This document shows, one piece after another, positions 1-12,452 of a DNA stretch of 64,000 bases (position 1 is the first letter of the stretch; each line of letters starts with the position of its first letter). The translations under genes were made by a program, and so were the position numbers. A model generated the notes under the pieces. It had not been told where the DNA came from and did not search any database. It was given only the letters and a program-made list of their open reading frames with translations. Source of the DNA: Eledone cirrhosa (lineage: Eukaryota); NCBI GenBank assembly GCA_964016885.1, contig OZ024745.1, positions 47,244,001 to 47,308,000 on the forward strand, read 5' to 3'.

Positions 1-296
1 CAAGCCGAAGCTGAAGCATATAGACAATATGCTCCCCCCCCCCCCCCCCCCCCTTCACACACACACACACCCTCCCACTGTAAAGTGGACGTGTAGGCGC
101 CACGGAAAAAAAGCACCCAACACTCACTGTAAATAAGGTTAGTGTTAGGAGGGGCATCCAGCTGTAGAAATCAAGCCAGAATCAGTTCCCGTATGAGCAA
201 GACAAGGTCAGCCGACCAGACACTGCCTGCAAGAGGACAACCCGTCTAACCCATGCTAGCGTGGAAGAACGGACGTAAAACAATGATGATGATGAT
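1..296 (+). mobile_element. RTE LINE family A, 3' UTR fragment
   Basis: Matches the 3' end of the long copy at 18060-20952. Ends ...CCCATGCTAGCGTGGAAGAACGGACGTAAAAC(GAT)n, followed by (TA)n. Confidence 0.85.
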
Positions 297-297
297 A

Positions 298-347
<50 letters not shown>

Positions 348-742
348 GTATGTATATTTTATATGTATGTAGAAATTCTCAAATTTAGACATTTGCATCT
401 GTACTGACTACAATAAAGTCTTATCAGTTTAAAATTATATAGTAATGAGTTTGTATTGACAGTTATATAGCGTTAACACTATCATTATGTTGCTGTACTA
501 AAAGTACATTTGTATTGACTAACACACACATGGAGATATATATATACACATATACTAGACTTAGAATTTAGCTTCAAGTATAGCTGTATGTATATGTATT
601 GCTTCAAGTATAGCTGTATATATATGTATTGGAATTTTGTATTGTTAAAGAAATACGGTATGTTTATAAATAAACATTTAGAAAGCCGTAGCTATGCAAA
701 AACCCCAGACAAGAGGAACATTATTATATATGCATATGTGCA

Positions 743-944
743 TGAAGAAGGGCCAAGAAATCCCAGTAGAAGGAAGACGCAGTAGAGGTAGACCACGAAA
801 AACATGGGCGGAGGTGGTGAGAGCAGACCTCAGATCGCTGAAACTCATCGAGGAGATGACGAAGGACCATGACAAGTGGAGAGATGCTGTGCTAAATAGA
901 ACCCATCCAACCCTTGCAAGCAGGGAAAAGCGGACATAAAATGA
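743..944 (+). mobile_element. RTE LINE family B, terminal 3' segment (inverted relative to the rest of the copy)
   Basis: Encodes [13 protein letters not shown]...[14 protein letters not shown]. Homologous to 50366-50590 on the opposite strand. Confidence 0.85.
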
Positions 945-1545
945 CCTAGCGGTCATCCTCCATGCGCATCACATGTCCATACCATCTCAGCCTTCTCTCC
1001 TGCACACCACAACTTATCCCTCTTATACCCAGTTTCTTTCTCAACTCGTCTATGCTTGGTTATTCACACACATTGAAATTGCACATCCAACGGAACATAC
1101 TTGCTTCATTTCTCTCTAGCCGTCGCATATCTCACTACCATGCAACATCGCACATCTCACACAGGCATCATTTAACCGTCCTTTCGTATGCAGGGAGAAA
1201 CCTTTCTTTGTCAACAAAGGAAGCAGCTCCCTAAACTTCTTCCAACCTGTTCTTATTCTAGATACTATGGCCTTGGAACATCCCCCTCCCATATTAATCT
1301 GATCACCTAGGTACCGGAAGCTATCAACCACTTCTATAGAACCCACCTGCATTGGAAAAATGTGTCTATCACTGCAATTACTATTGCCAACTTTCCCTGT
1401 ACATCTACTGCATACTTAGTTTTTCCTACCTGTTAGTTTGCCTGCTATCCCACTACATCTCTTGTATACCCAAGATCTGCATTGCATACATTTTATAGAA
1501 TTTATGTCAGTTCCTTTCCTACATATTGAAAATGGCCATTTCCCT
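945..1545 (-). mobile_element. RTE LINE family B, degenerate post-RT region
   Basis: Minus-strand [14 protein letters not shown]...[16 protein letters not shown] and [10 protein letters not shown]. 5'-truncated at a (TA)n run. Confidence 0.85.
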
Positions 1546-1839
1546 ATATATATATATATATACAGCTCTCCATGTTTATTTGAACTTTGAACCTAACTAA
1601 TATCAGATGTATATTACACATTCATGGTAATAATGCCAACCACTTTACAGCATGTATTGGGAGAATTTTATCGTACCTTTGGCAGTTCCACCTTACAGAG
1701 TGAACTGGGTGCTTTTAATTGAGACACCAGCACTATCACTTTACAGTGAAGACTGTACAGGGAAAAGCGGACGTAAAATGATGATGATGATATATATACA
1801 TATATACATATATATACATATATGTATTTATATATATAT

Positions 1840-2023
1840 GTCCCAGCCCCACACTGTAAATGTGGTTGGTGTTAGGAAGGGCATCCAACTGTAGAAAACC
1901 TGCCAGACAGTCCTATGCGAGCAAGACAATCACTCTTGCCTCAAGTGGGACTACCCCCGTCCAAACCCATGCAAGCGTGGAACATGGACGTTAAACGGTG
2001 ATGATGATGATGATGATGATGAT
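1840..2023 (+). mobile_element. RTE LINE family C, 3' terminal fragment
   Basis: Near-identical to 48385-48560, with a (GAT)n tail. Confidence 0.8.
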
Positions 2024-2162
2024 GTATATCAGTGGCGAAGGATAACCTGGAAAGCAGGGCATGCAGTCCAATCGCCATGGCGAAAAGTGGGGCTGTGCAG
2101 CCTTACCCCCCAATTCCCTCTAAATGACCCTCCCGGTCAAAGCCACATGTAGTGTTATATAG

Positions 2163-2328
2163 TGTGTGTGTGTGTGTTATCTTTTTATGTGTCTACGATT
2201 TAACAAGCAGCCAAAATTCTGCTTGCTTCAACCGACGCTGTCGTGTGTTTGTGTGTGTGTGTGTGTTATCTTTTTATGTGTCTACGATTTAGTAAGCAGC
2301 CAAAATTCTGCTTGCTTCAACCGACGCA
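2163..2328. repeat. Tandem duplication of ~80-90 bp with (GT)n heads
   Basis: TTATCTTTTTATGTGTCTACGATTTA..AAGCAGCCAAAATTCTGCTTGCTTCAACCGACGC occurs twice. Confidence 0.8.
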
Positions 2329-2397
2329 ATTGATCAACTCAAGATTCTATAATGCATGCACGCACCCTTCACCCCAGATGTATATATATATATATAT

Positions 2398-2431
<34 letters not shown>

Positions 2432-2452
2432 ATTATATATATATATATATAT

Positions 2453-2486
<34 letters not shown>

Positions 2487-2527
2487 ATTATATATATATA
2501 TATATATTATATATATATATATATATA

Positions 2528-3093
2528 AATCATCATCATCATCATTGTTTAACGTCTATCTTCCACGCTAGCATGGGTTTAGACAGGAATTGTCCCACTT
2601 GAGGCAAGATTGGTTGTCTTTCTCGTATAGGACTGTCTGACAGGCTTTCTACGGCTGGATGCCCTTCCTAACACCAACCACGTTTACAGTGTGGACTGGG
2701 AGGTTTTTACCGTGTTACCTACACGGCCACATTACAACATAACTTTACAGAGAAACTGGTGGTGTAGATGGGGGTAGGGGTAGTGGGATGGGGGTGTATT
2801 TTTGGTTAGGAGGTGCCTACTGACTGTAGGTTTCGCTTTGTACTTAGGCAAGATGGGTCTTCTGTATTACTGCATAGCGCCAAAGATCTCGGCCCAGTGA
2901 CATTGTCTTGGAGAGGTGTAAGTGTGTAAGGTCGGAATTTATCAAATCGTCCCAGGTTTTTCTGGGTCTGCCTACTCCGTAGTTTCAATCTATTTTGATC
3001 GCCCTGCACTTTTTTATACAGCTGTCGTCTTTCATGCACATCACATGACCATACCAACACAGTCTTCTCTCGAGTAAACAGCATCTGATCCCT
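2528..3093 (-). mobile_element. RTE LINE family C, 3' fragment
   Basis: Reverse complement of ~13645-14307. (CAT)n tail on the left, (TA)n on both flanks. Confidence 0.85.
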
Positions 3094-3261
3094 CTTATAT
3101 ATACATATACATATATATATATATATAAATATATATACATATGTATGTATATATATATATGCAAGAGATGTAAACATGAATGGACCTGTTATTTTTATCT
3201 AAAGACATTTTTTCCAAATCCATCATGCCCGTCCCCTCAATCTATTTTATTTCTCATTCTT

Positions 3262-3297
3262 TCTTCTGATGAAGGACTAGCATCCGAAACGTTAAGA
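3262..3297 (+). ncRNA. Minimal type I hammerhead ribozyme motif
   Basis: TCTT-CTGATGA-A-GGA(ctagca)TCC-GAAA-CG-TT-AAGA. Stem I is TCTT/AAGA and stem III is the palindrome AACGTT. Lies in a ~220-bp island between (TA)n runs. Confidence 0.65.
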
Positions 3298-3407
3298 CCC
3301 TTTTCCTGCTATATCAAGCGTTAAGCTAATATATACCTTCCATATACTGTACCGATTGTGTTGTTATTTCTGTTTACCTTTTACATACATATATATATAT
3401 ATATCAT

Positions 3408-3443
<36 letters not shown>

Positions 3444-3446
<3 letters not shown>

Positions 3447-3828
3447 TCATCATCATCATCATACGTCTGCTTTTCCCTGCTTGCAAGGGTGGGACGAGAA
3501 CTGATTCTGGCTTGATTTCTACAGCCGGATGTCCTTCCTAACAGCAACCTCATTTACAGTGAGTGCTGGGTGCTTTTTTTCCATGGCGCCTACACGTCCA
3601 CTTTACAGTTTTGGCTGGGCGCTTTTTTGCCGTGGCACCTCCACAACCACTTTGCAGTGGAATGATAGGGACCCCAGTCCTATCATCTCATTTCTACAGC
3701 TGAGTAAACTGGAGAAATGTGAAATAAAGTGTCTTGCTCAAGGAAACAACACATCACTCGGTCTGAGAATTAAACTCACAACCTTTCGATTGAAAGGCCA
3801 ATGCTCTAACCACTAAGCCATGTGCCTC
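3444..3828 (-). mobile_element. tRNA-derived CORE-SINE with RTE-derived tail
   Basis: Minus strand has A-box GGCTTAGTGGTTAGAGC, a B-box-like motif, MIR-CORE-like CCTTGAGCAAGACACTTTA..CCAGTTTACTCAGCTGTAGAAATGAG, and an RTE tail with (GAT)n. Confidence 0.85.
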
Positions 3829-3883
3829 CATCACAGGGAAATGCGGACATAAAATACATACATACACACATATATATATATAT

Positions 3884-4218
3884 CATCATCACCGTTTTAC
3901 GTCCGTTCTTCCATGCTAGCATGGGTTAGACAGGTTGTCCTGTTGTGGGTAGTGTCTGGTCGGCTGACCATGCTTTGCTCATACGGGAACTGATTTTGGT
4001 TTGATTTCTATAGCTGGATGCCCATCCTAACACCAACCTCATTTACAGTGAGTGCTGGGTGCTTTTTTCCATGGCGCCTAGACATCCACTTTACAGTGTG
4101 GGCTGGGTGGTTTTTTGCTGTGGCACCACCAGGGCCACTTTGCAGTGGGAGGGTGTGGGGGCATATTGTCTATATGCTTCAGCTTCGGCTTGTACCCATG
4201 GGAGGTCGGGTACTCTGT
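3884..4218 (-). mobile_element. RTE LINE family A, 3' fragment
   Basis: Matches 18060-18400. (TA)n on both flanks. Confidence 0.85.
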
Positions 4219-4237
4219 ATATATATATATATATATA

Positions 4238-4640
4238 TAAGTACGTATACGTACATACATATATGTATACAGACGTACACTAGTATGTATATACATACAT
4301 ACATGAACACATATTTATATGTACGTATGGGTTTACCGAACATTTATTATAATGCTCGATTTGTTTGTAAACAAACAGCCTGAATTAGTAGCCGTACAGT
4401 GTTTGGCAACCATCATTGCCCTTTTGTTCAACACTGACTAAGGAACGATGAACTAGTTTCTAGCTTATTAGCTGTCATCAGCATCGTATACCTTCCTGTC
4501 AGTCGATTGAATGTTTGAAAGTATATACTTTCCTTATGCATATTAACGGCTGAGCAGCCTAATTTGCATATCGAGTGAGTTAGTCGGCCGGGTGTATCGA
4601 AAACGATAAATGGAAAAAATGAAATTTCATTTCTCACTCT
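4238..4640 (-). mobile_element. Hammerhead-bearing non-coding repeat (retrozyme/PLE-terminal-repeat-like), copy 1
   Basis: Homologous to the 9112-9716 unit. Contains a hammerhead at 4445-4487. Confidence 0.7.
4445..4487 (-). ncRNA. Minimal type I hammerhead ribozyme motif
   Basis: Minus strand: ACGATG-CTGATGA-C-AGCT(aata)AGCT-A-GAAA-CTAG-TT-CATCGT. Perfect 6-bp stem I and palindromic stem III ACTAGT. Confidence 0.75.
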
Positions 4641-5644
4641 TAATATGCACAAGGAAAGTATATACTTTCATTTCCACCACTGTCATTCCCTCACTCTCTT
4701 TCTACATCCCTCCTACGTTGATGGTTGGATCTCACATTATCTATCTCTATTTATCTCCCAGTAGACGCAGTAAAGTAGTTGGCATTAGGAAGGGTATCCA
4801 GCCATAGAACACCAAGCCAAAAACAGCGTGTACAAGTAAGATGTGGTCACCTGATCAGTCTAGCTTTAGTATGTGACAACCCATCTAACCCAAACCCATG
4901 TTAAACAGTGATAATGATGATAATGATGATGATGTAGATGATTTAACAATAAATGAATAAGAACTGACACACTTTCCCTTCATCATATCTCTTGCACAGA
5001 CAAAACAGAGTCAACATACGCAAACTTGAGAATCTAGCAATATGTAGTTACAAATTTATCATAGGTTATCCTTTGTCGCTAAACAAAGAAAGCATTCTTT
5101 ATGATAGAACTACTTATTTATTAACCATTTCATAGCCATATTTCTAATGAAAGACGCTGCTTATGATTTTCAAATAATTCTGAAAATACTTTTTCGTTTA
5201 ATGAATTTATAATTGTACAGTCAAAACAAGGTTATAGTTATGGATTTCTTTCTTGATTTTGTTGAGGCAATTTGATATTAAGGTAGTTCTGAGAATAATT
5301 TAAACCTTTTGATAACAAACTGCCTGAAACCACCCCTATTTATTTTTAAATGTTTATATTTAATTAAAAGCCTGAATCACACTCCCCAAAAATCAGACAC
5401 ATTCGCCACTGAATTCTATATGTAAACTAGTATTTGGAGTGATTTAGTAATATAACTAGCTTTCTCATCCTTAAACTGGTGTACTACAAGTGTTTTAAGG
5501 CCAATTTCCCCGCTAATGCAGAAGTTAGGCTTGTGGGATCCATGAAAAGCTTCATACTTATTATGAGGGTACTTATTGAAGCAATATTTTACAGACAAAT
5601 GCCCTTCCTGGTGCCAACCATTTTAATCTTTCAGGGATATGGTG

Positions 5645-5872
5645 TATCATCATCATCATCATTGCCATTTTTACATCCACTTTTCCATGCTTGCATGGGT
5701 TGGAAGGGTCCTTTTAGCACAACAACTCTTCACTCATTACGTTCCTTCATCATCTCAGCTGTGAGCTTCAGCAATTTGAAATCAACTCTCATGTCCATCT
5801 AAGTCTTCCTTGATCTTCCTCTACTGTGGCTTCATTCCACTGGGATTTCCTGGCACTTCTTTACCCAGTGAT
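5645..5872 (-). mobile_element. Old RTE (family B-like) 3' fragment
   Basis: Degenerate match to 50366-50590, with a (CAT)n tail. Confidence 0.7.
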
Positions 5873-6522
5873 GATCATCATAAGAAGAGTTAAAATTAAT
5901 GCATACAAAATCTCACAGGTCTACCATCAGTCAGCCTACAAACTTTTCAGCCCACCCTCATAAACAGCTTTACTTCATAGAGCTAGGTGTGCAGGCAATT
6001 TGATATCAACAGGTTTAAGTTATTGTAGGTCATTTACTGGTTTTTCAGTTTTTAACATCGTAGTTGCATGGAGAAAGGTATTTCTTATACATACACAAGT
6101 ATGTATAGTTATTAAACTGTCTCTGCACACTACAAGCATATTAAAAGTAACTTTACTGCATTATAAGGCTTACTGACAAGGAATCAAGACTTTGTTGCAG
6201 ATCTGGCAAGATATTATACGTGATAAGTTGATTGAAGGTTTAGCATGTCCAACAACCTTGATAGTGGAAACAGTGATATACAAGACACAAAAAGTATTGA
6301 TTCTTTAATTGAGAATCTCAGAGCTTATCTACTCAACCAATTGAAATATTCATCTCTTATCCTTTCTTTCATTCTGTATGTTTATGTGTGTGTGCATATA
6401 TATATACATATATATACATATATGCTAACCCATGCTAGCATAGAAAGTGGACGTTAAACGAGGATGATGATGATGATGATATATATATATATATGCACAC
6501 ACATAAACACACACACACACAC

Positions 6523-6635
<113 letters not shown>

Positions 6636-7209
6636 CACACACACACACACAGGGTTGTGAAAATGGAAGAATCAAAACTCAACATAAAGTGATATGTAAT
6701 TTACTGTAACTGCAAAGCTATACCGGTGACTTAATGTACTTTCCAAAATATTTTGAAAAGTGCATTAAGCACAAATTGATATTGGTTTGCAGTTACAACT
6801 TACACACACAAACATACACACACATATGTATGCACACACATACACACATATATATATAATATATATATATGTACGTGTGTGTGTAGTCTATTCATTGCTA
6901 GCAGGGAAAGCAGACAATAAATGATGATGATGATGATGATGTTGATGATACAGAAGATAAGGGGACAGGAATGGAAATATAGGTTTAGAAATAAATAAAT
7001 AAGTAAATGGATAGAGAGATATCTGTAAAGAACTGAACAGTTATTGCGAGTTAATATCTAGAAGTATTTCAAAGGATTATTTGGGAGTCAATGCTAGTCA
7101 ACATCTCTCCATCTCACTAAATCTTTGAAAATCATCCAAATGTGAAACCAGTAAAGTTATTATTAATACATTTGCTTAAATACTCAAATTGCATTTTCAA
7201 GTTCTTTTT

Positions 7210-7263
<54 letters not shown>

Positions 7264-7299
7264 TATATATGTATTTATATATATATATATATATATATG

Positions 7300-7636
7300 T
7301 ATCATCATCATTTCATTTTACGTCCACTTTTCCCTGCTTGCAAGGGTGGGATGGGAAATGATTCTGGCTTGATTTCTACAGCTGGATGCCCTTCCTAACA
7401 TCAACCTCATTTACAGTGAGTGCTGGGTGCTTTTTTCCGTGGCACCTCCACGACCACTTTGCAGTGGAATGATAGGGACCCCAGTCCTATCATCTCATTT
7501 CTACAGCTGAGTAAACTGGAGCAATGTGAAATAAAGTGTCTTGCTCAAGGAAACAACACATCACCCGGTCTGAGAATTGAACTCACAATCTTTCGATTGG
7601 AAGGCCAATGCTCTAACCACTAAGACATGTGCCTCC
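7300..7636 (-). mobile_element. tRNA-derived CORE-SINE with RTE-derived tail
   Basis: Same family as 3444-3828 and 36211-36538. Embedded in (TA)n. Confidence 0.85.
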
Positions 7637-7639
7637 ATG

Positions 7640-7696
<57 letters not shown>

Positions 7697-7699
<3 letters not shown>

Positions 7700-7910
7700 T
7701 TATCATGTATATATATATATTATCATGTATATATTATCAATATATTATCATATATATATATTATTATTATGATGATGATGTTGATTATATATATATTTAA
7801 AAAAAAAAAAAATATATATATATATATATAATCATCATCATAATAATAATATATATATATGATAATATATTGATAATATATATATATATATATATACATG
7901 ATAATATATA
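7697..7910. repeat. AT-rich inverted repeat (palindrome) centred near 7800
   Basis: Left arm TTATCATGTA..TTATCAATATATTATCATA..TTATTATTATGATGATGA is mirrored by TCATCATCATAATAATAA..TATGATAATATATTGATAA..TACATGATAA. Confidence 0.8.
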
Positions 7911-8070
7911 TATATATATATGTAGGAGGTGAGTTTTATTGTAGTACAATAAAGCAATGCAGATATCGGATAAGAAGCACTCTACAGTTTGTAGGACTGG
8001 AGTATACATAATATATAAAATCAATACATGGAACTCATTTAACCATCTTTTGATCTTATATATTATATAT

Positions 8071-8159
<89 letters not shown>

Positions 8160-8424
8160 TAAAAATAGACCAAGAAACAAGAATGTCCCTCATCAGTAGT
8201 CTGCTGATTATCGTTGGTATTTTTTCGCATTAAAGACTAGATACCTAAAATCAGTGCGAGCGATAACTAAATTAAGTTATCAGGACAGAGGAAAACAGAG
8301 GAAAGGAAACAAACAACATGGTAGTAATGCAACGTAAAGAGAGGAAAAGAGAGACAAGTCAATGAATCTTGTGGGCTTAAGTCCGACAAATCAAATTCGC
8401 AACAACGCAGCACGCCATTTTTCC

Positions 8425-8581
<157 letters not shown>

Positions 8582-8702
8582 CCCTAAGCAACCAATCACA
8601 CCCTTCCTGACTTGACCACTGCCACGTCACAGTTCTCAACCATTTTGAATTCGTGTTTGGCGGGGGCTACTTTGGAAAATAATCTGTCCTAGCGAGTTTG
8701 TC

Positions 8703-8776
8703 TCCTGAAGAGCTCTAAACTCGAGATTCATCCTTAATAAGATATCTCAAAAGTGAGCGGAAGCCATGGGTCAGGA
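8703..8776 (+). ncRNA. Degenerate hammerhead-like motif with long stem II
   Basis: TCCTGAAGA-GCTC...GAGC-GGAA-GCCATGG-GTC-AGGA. GAAA is imperfect. Lies in an island between (TA)n arrays. Confidence 0.4.
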
Positions 8777-9064
8777 TTTAGTGATTTAATCCTGGTATGT
8801 ATATAAGCATTTCTAACTTTAATTTTACCTAATTATGTATGGTTGACCGTATATTTAATTAGTTTCCACGTGCTGTTGAAATGTTGGGTAAATATTCTAT
8901 AGCGGTTGGACGCGAAGACGCTGCTGTGGCGTATTTATTTACTGTTTCTTCATAGGTGCCTTTTATTCTTATAGCCTGGTCTAATTGATTTTTTGTGTGG
9001 TTAATTATGCTGATTGGGAGTAGAGATGTATATATATTATTAAATAATTCTCTGGACATGCTTT

Positions 9065-9111
<47 letters not shown>

Positions 9112-9117
<6 letters not shown>

Positions 9118-9713
9118 GAAACAAAATTTCATTTCCCACTCTTAGTACGGCTGTTACTTAAATATAAGTATGTACACGTACATACATATATGTATACAGA
9201 CGTACAGTAGTATGTATATATATATATACATCCATGCACACATATATATATGTACGTATGGATTCACCGAACATTTATTATAATGCTCGGTGTGTTTGTA
9301 AACAAACATCCCGAATTAAGCCGTAGTGTCTAGCAACCATCGTTGCTCGTTTGTTCAACACTGACAAAGGAACGCTGTACTAGTTTCAAGCTTATTAGCT
9401 ATCATCAGCAACATATACCTTCCTGCCAGATTGTTGAACATATATACTTTCCTTATGCATATTAACGGCTGAGTAGCCCAATTTGCATATCGATTGGGTT
9501 AATTGGCCGAGTGCACCGAAAACGATAAACGGAAAAAATGAAACGAAATTTCATTTCCCACTCTTAGTACGGTTGTTACTTAAATATAAGTATGTACACG
9601 TACATACATATATGTATACAGACGTACAGTAGTATGTATATATATATATATACATACATGCACACATATATATATGTACATATGGATTCACCGAACATTT
9701 ATTATAATGCTCG

Positions 9714-9716
<3 letters not shown>
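9112..9716 (-). mobile_element. Head-to-tail ~422-bp hammerhead-bearing repeat (about 1.4 units), retrozyme-like
   Basis: AAAATGAAAC(A/G)AAATTTCATTTCCCACTCTTAGTACGG recurs with ATG at 9116 and 9538 (period 422). Hammerhead at 9372-9414. (TA)n on both sides. Confidence 0.75.
9372..9414 (-). ncRNA. Minimal type I hammerhead ribozyme motif
   Basis: Minus strand: ATGTTG-CTGATGA-T-AGCT(aata)AGCT-T-GAAA-CTAG-TA-CAGCGT. Stem I is fully paired using two G-U wobbles, and the cleavage triplet is GUA. Confidence 0.75.
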
Positions 9717-9758
<42 letters not shown>

Positions 9759-9974
9759 GGACCACTTATCTGCCATTCCAACCTTCTTAACAACTTTTTC
9801 CAAGCTCCGATGTTTCCACCTGCCCCCTCTCTCTCTCTGAACTCTTCATTTCCTGAAGAAGGACTTACATCCAAAGTGGCGAACCCGCAAACTCTCTTCT
9901 ACTTCCCCCTAAGCATGATACGAATAAGACTTTATGCTTTTACGTTCCTGTGTTTGTGTTGTTATATATATATA

Positions 9975-10438
9975 TGGAAACCATGGAGTGGGGAGACCCA
10001 AGAAGACCTGGGATGAGGTGATAAAAGCCGACCGTACCCAATTACACCTCTCAAAGGCGATGACACACAACCGAGACCTCTGGCGTCACGCAGTAATACA
10101 GAGTACCCGACCTCCCATGGGTACACGCTGAAGCATATAGACAATATGCCCCCACACCCTCCCACTGCAAGGTGATCGTGGAGGTGCCACGGCAAAAAAG
10201 CACCCAGCCCACACTGTAAAGTGGACGTGTAGGCGCCACGGAAAAAGCACCCACCACTCACTGTAAATGAGGTTGGTGTTAGGAAGGGCATCCAGCTGTA
10301 GAAATCAAGCCAAATCAGTTCCTGTATGAGCAAGGCATGGTCAGCCGACCAGACACTGCCCACAACAGGATAACCCATCTAACCCATGCTAACATGGAAG
10401 AACGGACGTAAAACGGTGATGATGATGATGATGATGAT
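9975..10438 (+). mobile_element. RTE LINE family A, 3' fragment
   Basis: Encodes GNHGVGRPKKTWDEVIKAD...QSTRPPMGTR*, then 3' UTR and (GAT)n. (TA)n flanks. Confidence 0.88.
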
Positions 10439-10635
10439 ATATATACATACACATATATGTATGTGTGTGTTTGTGTGTGTGTGTGAGTGTGAGTGTGTGT
10501 GTATATGTGTGTGTACAGTCATATGACTATATGTAATCAAAATACTTCTTTTGACTTTTGCAATGTTTAGTCTTATCTGTAAAAGGTTTTACTGATTTTT
10601 AGATAGAATATTTGTTATTTCATTTATACACACAT

Positions 10636-10686
<51 letters not shown>

Positions 10687-11605
10687 TATATATATACATA
10701 TACATATACATATATATATACTTGTTTTGCTTGTAGTTTCCCAAAATATTCTTTTAAACAATCCTATCTGTTCCTTAAGTGATTAGTTAGATGTTCTAAA
10801 TCATTTGACTGATTCTTGAATGACATTTGGAATGCAATATCATTTGATGGACGTTAATAGGCAAGTCATTTCATTTACATTAGAAAAGATATTGTAAAAG
10901 AGAACTCTTTGCTTGGTTTATCAAAGGAACTGAAATGGTCTGATAATAGTATATTGTTGATGTGATGTTTATTTTAAAGTATAAACCTCACAAACTACAT
11001 AAGGATATGTATGTATGTATATCTTCATCATCATCACTCTCTTCATCATCTTCGTCATCATCATCATTGTCATCATCATCATCCCCATCATACAACTATT
11101 TTTCATGCTTCATGGGTTAGACAGGCTGTCATGTTATGAGGTCAGACAGGTCAGGTGACTCCATCCTGCTCATATGCTCGAATTTTAGCATGTTTTTTAA
11201 ATTTTTTTATAGCTGGATGCCCTTCCTATCATCAACGACATTACAGCATTAAATTGGACTTTTTCTCATGGCACCAACACTATCGCTTTACAGTTTGTTA
11301 ATTCACATGTATAGTATCTTTACTAGTTATCAGATCTTTGTGAAAATTTGCAATTTTAGAGTAAAGACTTTAATATTTAATGTAATACAGTCATAGTGCT
11401 GTTTTTTATGTTTCAGTAATGTCTTGCTAATGTGGTTTCATGGAGTTTATTAATTCAGATGTTTATAGTATCTTTACTAGTGGATATATATTGTTATGAA
11501 AATTTGTTATATCAGAGCATAGACTTTAATATCTAATGTGATATAGTTGTAGTGAAGTTTCGTTTTCAAGAATGTCTTGCCAATGTGGATTTATGTGGTA
11601 CAGGT

Positions 11606-11639
<34 letters not shown>

Positions 11640-11689
11640 TGTATATATAAATACAACAAAATGCTCTACTGTCTCTGCCAATCCCTCAC

Positions 11690-12350
11690 TCTAAAAGAGA
11701 ATACTGCCCAGCATTAGACTGGTATTCTATTTTATTGACCCCCACCCAACCCCAGAATGGTGAAAAGTAAAGTTGACCACAGCAGCATTTGAATATAAGG
11801 TACCATTTCTGATACCTATTGATTATGCTAATCCACAAACCAATAATAATGATTTCTACTATAGGCACAAGGCCAGTAATTTTGGGGGAGGGGAAAGTTA
11901 ATTAAATTGACCCCAGTGTATTACTGGTGCTTTATTTTATCGACCTTATAAGGATGAAAGGCAATGTTAACCTCGGCCAGATTTGAACTCATACTGTAAA
12001 GGGCCGTAACTCTATACTGCAAAGAATGGCCTCCAATGCTCTACCGATACTGCCAAGTTAATGATGATAAGAGTTTTCAATTTTGGCGCAAGACCAGTAA
12101 CTTGGGGGAGGGGAAGTGAACTATATTGACTCCAGTACTTGACTTGTACTTTATTTTATCTCAGATGGATAAAAACATACAAAGCCTTAACTAAATACCA
12201 CAATTCTGTTAATTTCCCACCCAGTAATAATTGTTTCTACGTTAGGCTCAAGGGCAGCAATTACCCAGTGCATTACTGGTACTTTATTTTATCGACTCCG
12301 TAAGGATGAAAGGCAAAGTCAACCTCGGCGGGATTTGAACTCAGAGATCA
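11690..12350 (-). mobile_element. Cluster of 3-4 Meta-domain-type tRNA SINE copies
   Basis: Repeated ACTGGTACTTTATTTTATCGACYCCGTAAGGATGAAAGGCAAAGTCAACCTCGGC..ATTTGAACTC, the reverse complement of a B box plus Meta-like GCCTTTCATCC..GGGTCGATAAAATAAAGTACCAG. Confidence 0.75.
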
Positions 12351-12452
12351 ACTATGATATGCCATGTGAGTTTGTTTATTTATTTATATACACCTCTGTC
12401 TGTAACTCTTTAAAATAACACACAAACATACAGACACAATACATTTCCTTAC

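Noticed and set aside
3740-3828. tRNA genes (also at 7560-7636, 16180-16250 and 36211-36270)
   Set aside because: The A/B boxes are SINE heads fused to CORE and LINE tails, with no complete cloverleaf.
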